A DNA stretch of 63,383 bases, counting the filler, from Nitrospinota bacterium (GTDB taxonomy: Bacteria > JAUXIQ01), in assembly GCA_030620925.1 (NCBI GenBank). It is 12 parts of 12 records of this genome, joined end to end, with 100 filler letters (N's around TTAATTAATTAA, not from the genome) between each part and the next. Parts side by side here need not be neighbours in the genome. Positions count along the whole stretch, not along the records: positions 1 to 7,139 come from JAUXIQ010000096.1; positions 7,240 to 10,558 come from JAUXIQ010000329.1; 10 more parts are not named here. One strand, given 5' to 3'. The position numbers and the translations under genes were made by a program. Positions 1 through 9,587 of this stretch are shown piece by piece. The notes under the pieces were generated by a model. It did not search any database. It saw only the letters and a program-made list of their open reading frames with translations, and was not told where the DNA came from. Numbering within the stretch: the first letter of the stretch is position 1; every line of letters starts with the position of its first letter.

Positions 1-509
1 CGGGCCACAAAAGCGGCCCCCGCGGCGGCCGCCAGCGCGCTTATATCAAAGGGATTGTCCGGCTGCCCGTAAGGCGCGGTGGTTGCGTAGCTGCCCATGG
101 GCGTGGTGGGAGAATACTGTCCGCCGGTCATCCCGTAGTTGTAGTTATTGAAGAGGATAAGGGTGATGTCTATATTCCTGCGGCAGGCGTGTATGAAATG
201 GTTCCCGCCGATGGCCGTTCCATCGCCGTCTCCCGAGACCACGATAACGTTCAGACTGGGCTTGGCCACTTTAACACCGGTGGCAAAAGCCAGGGCCCGG
301 CCATGAGTGGTATGCAGTGTATTGAAGTCCATATAACCGGGGGCCCTGCTGGAGCAGCCTATTCCCGAGACGATGACCGTGTTGTCTTTATCCAGTCCGC
401 AACTGTCTATGGCCCTGATCATGGCTTTGAGCACTATACCGTTCCCGCATCCCGGACACCAGATATGGGGGAATTTATCCATCCGAAGATATTCGTCGTA
501 CTTAAACAT
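1..509 (-). CDS. korB: 2-oxoacid:ferredoxin oxidoreductase beta subunit (3' end outside window)
   Basis: Translated by hand (absent from ORF track): MFKYDEYLRMDKFPHIWCPGCGNG...SGIGCSSR...HTTHGRA...GDGDGTAIGGNH...NNYNYGMTGGQYSPTTP; WCPGCG and TPP-binding GDGD motifs; start overlaps korA stop. Confidence 0.9.
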   Translation of the reverse strand, partial: MFKYDEYLRMDKFPHIWCPGCGNGIVLKAMIRAIDSCGLDKDNTVIVSGIGCSSRAPGYMDFNTLHTTHGRALAFATGVKVAKPSLNVIVVSGDGDGTAIGGNHFIHACRRNIDITLILFNNYNYGMTGGQYSPTTPMGSYATTAPYGQPDNPFDISALAAAAGAAFVA

Positions 510-1647
510 ATGCTCCCTCTCGCACTTTATTGTAGATTGCGTCTGGAGTTATGAGCTCGCCGCTGGCCAGAAAAACCCCTTCTATCTCCACCTTTCCCTT
601 CGCGGCTCGTTCCACTTCAAGGACCATTTGCCCCAGATTCATCTCCGCGACTATGATCGATTTCACCCGCCCGGCCAGCTCTTCTATTCGCTCCGAGGGA
701 AAGGGCCAGATGGTAATGGGCCGGAAGAGCCCGACGTTATGCCCTTCCTCCCGCAGCCTCATAATGGCGCTCCTGGCGGAACGGGCCACTGCGCCGAAGG
801 CCACAATGGCAATATCGGCATTATCCAGATACAGCTCCTGATATTCTATTATATCCGCTCTGTTATTCTCTATTTTACGCAGCAGCCTCTCTTCATCTTC
901 CTGCACCCAGGTCGGCTCGCTGGTGGGGAAACCTGTGCGGTCGTGGTTCAGGCCGGTCACATGGTAGCGGTATCCTTCCCCGAAGGAGGCCATGGGGTTA
1001 ATATCGTTCTCAGTATGATCGTAGGGGAAATATTCCTCCGGCGGACAGGTGGGTTTTACCCTGTCGATAATCTCTATCTCTTCCGGCAGGGGAAGGTGTA
1101 TGGGCTCACGCATGTGCCCTATGACCTCGTCCATCAAAACCAACGCCGGTGTGCGATACTTCTCGGAAAGGTTGAACGCCCTCACCGTTACGTCAAACGC
1201 TTCCGCCACCGAAGCAGGAGAAAGGGCTATTATGGGATGATCCCCGTGAGTCCCCCATCTGGCCTGCATTATGTCCGACTGAGAGGGAGAAGTAGGCAAC
1301 CCCGTGCTGGGACCGCCTCTCATGACGTTGACCACCACGCAGGGTATCTCGCACAGGCAGGCGTAGCCCAGATTTTCCTGTTTGAGGGAGAAACCCGGCC
1401 CGCTGGTTGCAGTCAACGACTTGACGCCGGTAAGCGAAGCGCCGATGACGGCGCCCATGGAAGCTATCTCATCCTCCATTTGAATGAAACTGCCCCCTAT
1501 CTCCGGCAGCTTGATGGCAAGATACTCGGCGATCTCTGATGAAGGGGTAATGGGATAGCCGCCGAAAAACCTGCAGCCCACCGCCAGAGCCCCCTCAGCG
1601 GAGGCTTCGTTCCCCTGTAAAAGCTTTAATCGTTCGTCCTTTTTCAA
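502..1647 (-). CDS. korA: 2-oxoacid (likely 2-oxoglutarate):ferredoxin oxidoreductase alpha subunit
   Basis: GNEA...YPITPSSEI, QMEDEIAS, TSGPGFSLKQE, RGGPSTGLPT motifs. Confidence 0.92.
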   Translation of the reverse strand: MKKDERLKLLQGNEASAEGALAVGCRFFGGYPITPSSEIAEYLAIKLPEIGGSFIQMEDEIASMGAVIGASLTGVKSLTATSGPGFSLKQENLGYACLCEIPCVVVNVMRGGPSTGLPTSPSQSDIMQARWGTHGDHPIIALSPASVAEAFDVTVRAFNLSEKYRTPALVLMDEVIGHMREPIHLPLPEEIEIIDRVKPTCPPEEYFPYDHTENDINPMASFGEGYRYHVTGLNHDRTGFPTSEPTWVQEDEERLLRKIENNRADIIEYQELYLDNADIAIVAFGAVARSARSAIMRLREEGHNVGLFRPITIWPFPSERIEELAGRVKSIIVAEMNLGQMVLEVERAAKGKVEIEGVFLASGELITPDAIYNKVREGAYV

Positions 1648-1762
1648 TTTTCTCCCTTCCGTTCAGGGGTAGAAAAAAACACAAATATATACTCTTCCCC
1701 GCTTCAAAGCTATATAAGAAAAGCAAAGGTCGCGGGAATCTCTCCTTTTCGCTCACGGCTGA

Positions 1763-1972
1763 TCATGAAACGGTGATGCAGAAATCGGGACACCTCAGCT
1801 CGCACAGCATGCACTTGGTGCAGGCGTCAATATCTTTTACCGCCACCACAAGGTCGCGCATCTCGAGGGCATCAACGGGGCAGAGTTTGACACATATTTC
1901 ACAACCCTTGCACCAGGCTTCTATTATCTCTATGGTGGCAGGGGTTTTCTTCTTTTCGGCTTTAGCTTCCAA
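1763..1972 (-). CDS. korD: 2x[4Fe-4S] ferredoxin, delta subunit of the oxidoreductase
   Basis: Two CxxCxxCxxxCP motifs (CKGCEICVKLCP, CTKCMLCELRCP); directly upstream of korA. Confidence 0.85.
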   Translation of the reverse strand: MEAKAEKKKTPATIEIIEAWCKGCEICVKLCPVDALEMRDLVVAVKDIDACTKCMLCELRCPDFCITVS

Positions 1973-2053
1973 GACATCTCTCCCGGGGTACCACTATTTT
2001 CCTGCAAAAATAAAGGAGCAACAGAAGGAGCGCTTCCGTTGCACCCTTAATTA

Positions 2054-2082
2054 ATTTTATCTCTACCTCTGATAAATGTCAA
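2054..2082 (-). promoter_or_regulatory. Candidate sigma70 promoter for korDAB
   Basis: Minus strand TTGACA (2082-2077), 17 nt, TAAAAT (2059-2054). Confidence 0.55.
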
Positions 2083-2091
2083 ACGAGGATG

Positions 2092-2970
2092 CTACGCCCC
2101 CACCGCACTTACCACCTGGGAAGAGGAGACGAAATGCTTGGGAAGCTGGAGCTCTTTGGCGCTTATACCCAGGGCCAGGCCGACGAGTTGTGAAAGATGC
2201 AGGACAGGCATATTCAGTTTAGCCCCAATCTCCTTTTCGGCTTTCTTCTGATATATATCCAGGTTCAGGTGGCACAGCGGGCAAGGGGTAACGACACACT
2301 GAGCGTCGTTCTCCTTGGCGTCCAGCAGGCTTCTCCCCGTCATTCGCAGGGCGGCTTTTTCGTTTTCCAGTATGATGGGGAATCCGCAGCATCGCGTCTT
2401 GCAGCGGTAGTCGACGGCCTGCCCACCCAGGGCCGCTATTATCCTCTCCATGGAGGAGGGTTTTTCCGGATCCTCGTAGCCCAGAGCGTAAGTGGGCCTC
2501 AAAATCTGGCAACCGTAAAACGGCGCCACCTTGAGGCCGTTGAGATTTTTCTGCACCTTGCCTTTCAGGTTTTCCAGCTCCTGACCTTCCGAGAGAACCC
2601 ACATGAGGTGTTTCACCTGCACTCCGCCCTTATATTGATGGCCGCCATCAGAAAGATGGCTGTTGATCCTGGCCAGGTGCTCGCTGTCCTCTTTGAGGGT
2701 CTTGTTGGCCGGGTCCATGTAACCCTGACAGGTGCTGCAGATGGTGACCACCGTATCCAGGCCCTTTTCTTCAGCCAGGGCGAAGGTTCTGGCGGTGTAG
2801 GCATCGGTAAGTTCAGTGTTTTTGGCCTGCATCACACCGGCCCCGCAGCAGGTGGCTTCTGTGAGTTCAACCAGCTCCATGCCCAGTTTTTCGGCTACCT
2901 TGTATGTGGATTGGTAAAGCTCGGGGCATGTCCCTTTGGCGACACAGCCGGGGAAAAAGGCATACCTCAT
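2092..2970 (-). CDS. CCG-domain HdrB-like subunit (SdhE-type anchor of type-E succinate dehydrogenase/fumarate reductase)
   Basis: YAFFPGC, TCCGAG, CSTC, FYGC, RCCG, CPLCHLNLD; translationally coupled to sdhB; no transmembrane helices evident. Confidence 0.85.
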   Translation of the reverse strand: MRYAFFPGCVAKGTCPELYQSTYKVAEKLGMELVELTEATCCGAGVMQAKNTELTDAYTARTFALAEEKGLDTVVTICSTCQGYMDPANKTLKEDSEHLARINSHLSDGGHQYKGGVQVKHLMWVLSEGQELENLKGKVQKNLNGLKVAPFYGCQILRPTYALGYEDPEKPSSMERIIAALGGQAVDYRCKTRCCGFPIILENEKAALRMTGRSLLDAKENDAQCVVTPCPLCHLNLDIYQKKAEKEIGAKLNMPVLHLSQLVGLALGISAKELQLPKHFVSSSQVVSAVGA

Positions 2971-3917
2971 TATTCACCCTCCAGTTTCTTGTAAATCCGC
3001 TGAACGTCTTCCGCTCCGGGTATCGGCTTGTGCTTGAGCGGGAGTTTACCCTTGAGGAACATTTTAATGCCGATGGGAACCATTGAAATCTTGGCCCCGA
3101 TATTTTTAACTGCAAACATGGGCAGTTTACCCTCATCCAACTGGCCCGAATGACCCACCGATTCCATGAATCCCAGGACGTGCCGGGCGCCTACGCTTTT
3201 CTCCATCTGGTTATTAAGTGCTTTTTCCCTCAACTGGATGATATGTTCCGCAGGTCTTACATCCTTGGGGCATACCTGCGTGCACTCGTAGCAGCGCACA
3301 CAATCCCATATACCGCCTTCTTTGACCAGCTCCGTCAGACGCTCTTTGTCAGCGGCGTCCCTGGAATCACCTGCAAACCTGAACGACTTGGCCAGCGCTG
3401 CGGGGGCCAGGAACTTATCATCCGCCTCCAGCGAAGTACAATCCGATACGCATGCGCTGCACCTGATGCAGGTGGCCACCTCGAACACCGTGTCGAACTG
3501 TTCCGGGCTCTGGAGCCTCTCTTTCTCAGGCACGGGCTCGCCGGCGTCCGGAACCATGTAGGGCATGATCGCCTCGATCTTCTCCCAGTATGCTTTCATA
3601 TCCACCACCAGGTCTTTTATAACCGGGAAATTCTGAAGCGGTTCCAACGTTATCTCTTCGTAGATTTCCAGCAGACCGCTGACTTGAGTGCTGCAGGCCA
3701 GGCGAGTGTGGCCGCAGATGCGCATGGCGCAGGAGCCGCATATGGCACTGCGGCAAGACATACGGTAGGTGACTGTTCCGTCTTGTTCACCTTTGATCTT
3801 GTTCAGACAGTCGAGGACGGTATCTCCTTTTTCGCATTCAACCTTATACTCCTGGAAACGGCCGTCCCCTCCCGTTTCAGGATTGAGCCTGTAAATGTTG
3901 AAACGCACTTCTGCCAT
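2970..3917 (-). CDS. sdhB: Succinate dehydrogenase/fumarate reductase iron-sulfur subunit
   Basis: SCRSAICGSC...C ([2Fe-2S]), CIRCSACVSDC and CVRCYECTQVCP motifs; C-terminal extension. Confidence 0.92.
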   Translation of the reverse strand: MAEVRFNIYRLNPETGGDGRFQEYKVECEKGDTVLDCLNKIKGEQDGTVTYRMSCRSAICGSCAMRICGHTRLACSTQVSGLLEIYEEITLEPLQNFPVIKDLVVDMKAYWEKIEAIMPYMVPDAGEPVPEKERLQSPEQFDTVFEVATCIRCSACVSDCTSLEADDKFLAPAALAKSFRFAGDSRDAADKERLTELVKEGGIWDCVRCYECTQVCPKDVRPAEHIIQLREKALNNQMEKSVGARHVLGFMESVGHSGQLDEGKLPMFAVKNIGAKISMVPIGIKMFLKGKLPLKHKPIPGAEDVQRIYKKLEGE

Positions 3918-3918
3918 A

Positions 3919-5640
3919 TCAGTATTTCCTCTCCTCAGGCTGGTAAGTGGTTATGGTGACAGGTTTGTATTCCAACCTGGGCCCGTCGTCGGTGCGGTAA
4001 GCGAGCGTGTGTTTCAGCCAGTTTTCATCGTCTCGCTTGGGATGGTCGGTGCGGTAGTGCGAACCCCTGCATTCCTGTCTGGCAACAGCACCGGTCACGA
4101 TTATATCCGAAAACTCCAGGAGGCGGCTCAACTCCAACGCACCTATCAGATCGGTGTTAAATCGTCTCCCCTTGTCATCTATTTTTACTTTGCTGAAGCG
4201 CTCTCTGAGTTTACTGATGGTCGCCAGCTGCGATTTGAGCTGTTCTTCGGTTCTGAAGATACCGCAGTTTTCCATCATGGAAGTCTGGAGGTCGTCCTTG
4301 ATGGCCATTACTGATTCCGAGCCCTGGTTATTGAGGACCCATTCTATCTCTTCCCTCGCTGGCTGGTTGGCATCGTCAGGCAGCTCGGGCAGCACCTCTC
4401 CCTTGGCGTATTCGGAAGCTGCGGTGCCGGCCCTGCGGCCGAAGACCACCGCTTCCAGCAGAGAGTTGGTGCCCAATCTGTTGGCCCCGTGCACCGATAC
4501 GCAGGAGCACTCCCCTGCGGCGAAGAACCCCTTGATGGGGGTATTACCGGGGTCGCAGGTCACCTGTCCTTCCATGGTGCATGGGATGCCTCCCATGGAA
4601 TAATGGGCCGTAGGTTGAATGGGTATGGGCTCCTCGAAGCAATCCACACCGGTGAAATCGTAGGCGAGATCGTGAATCTGCGGCAGTCGCTCCAGGATAC
4701 GCTCCTTGCCCAGATGTCGAAGGTCGATGTACACGTAGTCCTGCCCGCCGATGCCCCGTCCCTCGTTTATTTCCGTCTGGATGGCGCGTGATGTCAAGTC
4801 CCTGGGCGCCAGCTCCATCATCTCCGGCGCGTAGTTGGTCATAAACCTCTCGCCGTCGTTGTTCAGGATGTAAGCCCCCTCCCCGCGCGCACCCTCGGAA
4901 ACGAGTATCCCCTGGCGCCAGAGCCCCGTGGGATGGAACTGGACGAACTCCATGTCTTCCAGAGGGATGCCGGCACGATATGTGGCGATAATACCGTCGC
5001 CCGAGTTAGCGTGTGCGTTGGAGGTTATCTTGAAAGCGCGCCCGTATCCGCCGGTGGCGAACAGGACGGCCTTGGCACGAATAACGCAGAGTTTGCCCTG
5101 GTCGATATCGTAGGCCACTATCCCGCGGCACACGTTATCCCGAACGATCAGGGAGACCATGTACCACTCCTCATAAACTCTGACCCGGCGTTTCATTATC
5201 TGCTCGTAGAGAACTTGCAGGATGGTATGGCCGGTCCAGTCGGCGGCGAAGCAGGCTCTGGGCTTAGAGTGCCCCCCGAAACGCCTCTGGGCCACCCTGC
5301 CGTCGTCCATGCGGGTGAATACGCAGCCCATGTGCTCCAGCTCGTAGATTACGCCCGGCGCGTCCTTCACCATCATCTCGATCGCATCCTGGTCGCCAAG
5401 GTAATCGCTGCCCTTGACGGTATCGAACATGTGCGTTTCCCAGGAGTCTTCCTCATCGGAGTTTCCAAGCGAAGCGGCGATACCTCCCTGGGCCGCGCCG
5501 GAGTGGGACCTCACGGGATGGAGCTTGGAAACAATGGCTACGTCCAGGCCCTCCCCGGCGGCAATGGCCGCCCGCATCCCTGCCAGGCCGGCTCCCACTA
5601 TAAGAAGATCGTGTGAGAATACTTCTTCCTCCATCGCCAT
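3919..5640 (-). CDS. sdhA: Succinate dehydrogenase/fumarate reductase flavoprotein
   Basis: [16 protein letters not shown] (covalent FAD His), [33 protein letters not shown]. Confidence 0.95.
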   Translation of the reverse strand: MAMEEEVFSHDLLIVGAGLAGMRAAIAAGEGLDVAIVSKLHPVRSHSGAAQGGIAASLGNSDEEDSWETHMFDTVKGSDYLGDQDAIEMMVKDAPGVIYELEHMGCVFTRMDDGRVAQRRFGGHSKPRACFAADWTGHTILQVLYEQIMKRRVRVYEEWYMVSLIVRDNVCRGIVAYDIDQGKLCVIRAKAVLFATGGYGRAFKITSNAHANSGDGIIATYRAGIPLEDMEFVQFHPTGLWRQGILVSEGARGEGAYILNNDGERFMTNYAPEMMELAPRDLTSRAIQTEINEGRGIGGQDYVYIDLRHLGKERILERLPQIHDLAYDFTGVDCFEEPIPIQPTAHYSMGGIPCTMEGQVTCDPGNTPIKGFFAAGECSCVSVHGANRLGTNSLLEAVVFGRRAGTAASEYAKGEVLPELPDDANQPAREEIEWVLNNQGSESVMAIKDDLQTSMMENCGIFRTEEQLKSQLATISKLRERFSKVKIDDKGRRFNTDLIGALELSRLLEFSDIIVTGAVARQECRGSHYRTDHPKRDDENWLKHTLAYRTDDGPRLEYKPVTITTYQPEERKY

Positions 5641-5645
5641 ATCAA

Positions 5646-6203
5646 TCAGCTCCTCTCATATTGCTTCCTGCCTTCTTTGTACAGATCCCTTCCATGGCAA
5701 TCGTTTATAACTACCACCGGGAAATCTTCCACCATCAGCTTTCTGATGGCTTCCGGCCCCAGGTCTTCATAAGCTATTATTTCAGCCTCCTTAACGGTTT
5801 TGGCCAGCAGAGCAGCGGCTCCTCCGGTGGCCGCCAAATATACGCACTTGTATTTCACCATGGCGTCTATCACTTCCTGCGCCCTGGAGCCTTTGCCCAC
5901 CATACCCTTGAGGCCCTGTTCCATAAGTCTTGGGGAATAAGGGTCCATCCGGTAGCTGGTGGTCGGCCCTGCGGAACCTATAACTTTCCCGGGCTTGGCG
6001 GGAGAAGGCCCCACGAAGTACATCACCTGGCCGGTGAGGTCTATGGGGAGTTTCTCCCCCTTATCCAGGAGGTCGCAAAGCCTCCCATGCGCGGCATCCC
6101 TCCCCGTGAGAAGGGGGCCGCTTAAAAGGACCTGGTCCCCGGCGTTCAACTTCTCCACGTCTTCGTCAGACAACGGTGTTTGTAATTTTATAGCGTCAGC
6201 CAC
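5646..6203 (-). CDS. Class I fumarate hydratase (Fe-S type), beta subunit
   Basis: [32 protein letters not shown] motifs. Confidence 0.9.
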   Translation of the reverse strand: MADAIKLQTPLSDEDVEKLNAGDQVLLSGPLLTGRDAAHGRLCDLLDKGEKLPIDLTGQVMYFVGPSPAKPGKVIGSAGPTTSYRMDPYSPRLMEQGLKGMVGKGSRAQEVIDAMVKYKCVYLAATGGAAALLAKTVKEAEIIAYEDLGPEAIRKLMVEDFPVVVINDCHGRDLYKEGRKQYERS

Positions 6204-6297
6204 TTCATCCTCCCGCTCTGAAACTAAGTCTTTTTCACATCATATCAACCGCTCGTTAAGCAGCCGCACCCCGCTTATCCCCGCCGAGCAGCGGCCG

Positions 6298-7139
6298 CTA
6301 CTTCGCAATGCCATACTCTTTTAAAAGCTTCTCCATATAATCGAAGCGCTTGTTGCAAATTTCCACTTTCTTTTCAGTCTCTTCGTGCACCACCTTGACG
6401 TCTACCTGTTTCCGCGCCACTCCGGTATCCATGGCCGCTTTGGCCACGGCGGCGGCCTCGGTGGGCATCACCCTGGGGTCCACCGGCGAGGTGATAATAT
6501 AATCTTCCTTAAGCTCGTTTTCCGAAACGAGACCCGCTATGGCATGAGCGGCGGCCACCATCATCTCCTCGTTAACGTCGGTGGCCCTCACATCGAGAGC
6601 GCCCCTGAAGATACCCGGAAAACCCAGAACGTTATTCATCTGGTTCGGGTAGTCCGACCGGCCGGTGGCCACTATCGCGGCGCCTGCCTCCTGGGCATCT
6701 TCAGGCATTATTTCAGGTTCGGGGTTTGCCATGGCCATGATTATGGGGGCCGGACTCATCGATTTCACCATATCCTGATCGACCTGTTTGGCTATGGAGA
6801 GCCCCATGAAAACATCCGCCCCCTGCATGGCGTCGGCCAGTGAGCCCCTGATTTTGTCCAGGTTGGTTATCTCGGCGACCTCATCCTTGAAAGGATTCAT
6901 GTTCTCCTCACGGCCTTTATAGATCGCCCCCCTCGTGTCGCACAAAATTATGTCCTCAACTCCAGCGTTATGCAACAATAGGGCGCAGGCGATACCGCTT
7001 GCCCCGGCTCCGTTAACTACAACCTTGACATTCTTCATCTCTTTGCCGGACACTTTCAGGGCGTTTATCATGCCCGCCAGGACGACTACCGCCGTCCCGT
7101 GCTGGTCGTCGTGGAACACCGGAATGTCCATTTCTTTGC
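6298..7139 (-). CDS. NAD(P)-dependent malic enzyme, 5'-truncated by contig end
   Basis: IPVFHDDQHGTA, GAGASG, AMANPEPEI, TGRSDYPNQMNNVLGFPGIFRG. Confidence 0.92.
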
Positions 7140-7239
7140 NNNNNNNNNNNNNNNNNNNNNNNNNNNNNNNNNNNNNNNNNNNNTTAATTAATTAANNNNN
7201 NNNNNNNNNNNNNNNNNNNNNNNNNNNNNNNNNNNNNNN
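7140..7239. other. Artificial contig linker; identical linkers at 10559-10658, 16894-16993, 24489-24588, 28754-28853, 38145-38244, 41712-41811, 46109-46208, 50340-50439, 53701-53800, 58406-58505
   Basis: 44 N + TTAATTAATTAA (stops in all six frames) + 44 N; genes are truncated at the linkers. Confidence 0.98.
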
Positions 7240-7830
7240 CTCCACAAAGAAACGGGCCCTGTTCTCGGCGCTGCCCCCGTATTCATCGGTACGCTTGTTG
7301 AACATGGGTGAGATGAACTTGGCCAGGGTGTAGCCGTGAGCGCCGTGAATCTGCACGGCGTCGAAGCCCGCCTCCCTGGCCCTGCGGGCCGCCGCCCCAT
7401 AGGTGACTAAAATCTGCTCCATCTCATCCCTGGTCACCTCCCTGGGCATGGCGTCCACCGGCTCGCCGGGAGAATAAGGGGAAGGGGCGATGGGCTCGTG
7501 GTTGAAGCGGAAGGGGGGAGCGAGCTGCGTGGTTATTTTTGCGCCTGCACTGTGTACGGCATCAGTCAACTTCCTGAAAGCTGAGATGGCGTCATCGTTG
7601 TCTATTATAAGCGGTTTCATGGGAGGCCCCGCGCTCCAACCGGGGTCGGCGAAAGTGGCGCTGGTGTTTATCATTCCCACCCCGCCCTCAGCCAGCTCGC
7701 CGTACATATCGAACAGCAAAGGGTCGGGGCAACCGTTCTCCAGGGCCATGTTTTCCATGGTGGCCGATCGTACGAAACGGTTGCGCAGTTTTATTCCGCA
7801 AAGCTCATAGGGTTCAAAAAGTATGGACAT
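7240..7830 (-). CDS. Old yellow enzyme family NADH:flavin oxidoreductase, 3'-truncated
   Basis: LFEP...LRNRFVRSAT, AGFDAVQIHGAHGY, SPMFNKRTDEYGGSAENRARF. Confidence 0.9.
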
Positions 7831-7893
7831 GCTCTTCCCTCCAAATCTGAATTGTTTGCGCCGCAGGGTCGCCGCCTGCTATGCCCGATAAAA

Positions 7894-9549
7894 CTAAAAT
7901 GGCGATTCGATGGTCAGCAGTGGATCGTAATCATAGCCGAAAGCGGTGCGCACGGCACCCATGATCTCCCCCTGGGTGGCGTAGGCCCTCACCGCTTCGA
8001 GGATGAGGGGTATGAGGTTCCGGTTATGGTCCCGCCGGGCGGCTTCGTGGATCGTTTCCAGACAGGCTTTGACCTTCTGGTTGTCCCTTTCCCGCCGCAG
8101 CTTATCCAGGGAGTCGGCCACCGACTCCCGCGCCAGGGGGGTGACTTTATGGAACGCCCCGGGTGTCCCTCCCCCATCGTCCTTGGTGAAAGCGTTCTGC
8201 CCCACTACCACCATCTCCCCCGAATCGGTCTCCTTCTGTATTGTCAGGGCGGATTTCTCTATCTCCTTATCCACCCAGCCCTTCTTGATGGCCTCCAGCA
8301 TACCCCCCTGATCTTTTATCTCTTTGAGCAGGGCGCTTATCTCCTCCTCCATGCGGCCGGTGAGTGATTCCATGTAATAGGAGCCTCCCAGGGGGTCCGC
8401 CACACGGGCCACACCCGTCTCGTAAGCCAATACCTGCTGCGTCCGCAGTGCGATGAGCTGAGACTCCTCGGTGGGTATGGCGATGGGCTCATCATACGAG
8501 CAGCAGTGCATGGACTGCGCCCCCGCAAGCACCGCGGCCAGGGCTTCGTAGGACACCCTGATGACGTTGTTCATGGCCTGCTGAGGCACCAGGGAGCACC
8601 CCGCCGTATGCGCGCCGAACCGGAACTGCATCGACTGGGGTTTCCTGGCGCCATACTCTTCCTTCATGAGCCGCGCCCAGACCTTACGGGCCGCCCGCAG
8701 CTTCGCTATCTCCTCGAAGAAGTCTATGTGCGAGGAACAGTAGAAGGTAATCCGGGGGGCGAAATAATCTATGTCCAGCCCCCTCTCCAGCGCTCCCTGA
8801 ACGTAGACCGAGGCTATGGCCTGACCGAAGGCTATCTCCTGCACGGCGTTGATTCCCTGCTCCCTGAGCGCGTAGGTGTCCACGCTCACCGGGTAATAGA
8901 GGGGCATGTGTTGCGCGCAGTATTCTATGCAATCCACCGCCGTTTTCACCGAGAGGTCCAGGGGAACGGAAGGCGAATAGCCGCAATACCGGAACCCCAC
9001 CGGATCGTTCTGCACGGAACCCCTCAATCGGGCGGGGTCCGCACCCTGTTTCTCGGCGGCGGCTACGTATTGGGCCAGATGCACTGGTGCGGCGCAGGTG
9101 TTGCTAACCAGGGAGACGGTGTTCTCGGCGGCGGGTATACCCTCCATCACCATCTCCATGTCTTTAAGCGAGGAGATGGATACGCCCACCACCCCCACCT
9201 CTCTTTCAGCGCGGGGATGGTCGGCGTCTATGCCGAAGGTGGTGGGTACGTCGAAAATGATGAGCAGGCCCGTGGCCCCTTCCGCTGCCTGAAACTTAAG
9301 GCGGCGGTTGGTATCCTGGGGGGTGCCGAAGCCGCAAACCTCGCGGCGGGTCCAGAGTCGCTTTCGGTAAAGGTTAGGGTGTATGCCCCTGGTGAAGGGG
9401 AACTCTCCGGGGTGGTTTATCTCTTCAGAATATTCGATGTCCTTCAGGTCTTCGGGGTTATACGTCTCTTTGAGAGGGAGGCCAGACCATGTCCTGTTCC
9501 CCCTGGCCCCTTCCCGGTAAGCTTTCTGAATATCCCCCCCACTACCCAT
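7894..9549 (-). CDS. B12-dependent acyl-CoA mutase large subunit (divergent methylmalonyl-CoA mutase family) - mutase 1
   Basis: PGEFPFTRGIH, GSVQND, FFEEIAKLRAAR, SYDEP, ALRTQQVLAYETG...DPLGGSYY; no B12-binding domain. Confidence 0.92.
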   Translation of the reverse strand: MGSGGDIQKAYREGARGNRTWSGLPLKETYNPEDLKDIEYSEEINHPGEFPFTRGIHPNLYRKRLWTRREVCGFGTPQDTNRRLKFQAAEGATGLLIIFDVPTTFGIDADHPRAEREVGVVGVSISSLKDMEMVMEGIPAAENTVSLVSNTCAAPVHLAQYVAAAEKQGADPARLRGSVQNDPVGFRYCGYSPSVPLDLSVKTAVDCIEYCAQHMPLYYPVSVDTYALREQGINAVQEIAFGQAIASVYVQGALERGLDIDYFAPRITFYCSSHIDFFEEIAKLRAARKVWARLMKEEYGARKPQSMQFRFGAHTAGCSLVPQQAMNNVIRVSYEALAAVLAGAQSMHCCSYDEPIAIPTEESQLIALRTQQVLAYETGVARVADPLGGSYYMESLTGRMEEEISALLKEIKDQGGMLEAIKKGWVDKEIEKSALTIQKETDSGEMVVVGQNAFTKDDGGGTPGAFHKVTPLARESVADSLDKLRRERDNQKVKACLETIHEAARRDHNRNLIPLILEAVRAYATQGEIMGAVRTAFGYDYDPLLTIESPF

Positions 9550-9587
9550 CGTCTTCCTCCCCTGAAAAGACGGCTAGCAGACCGCGG

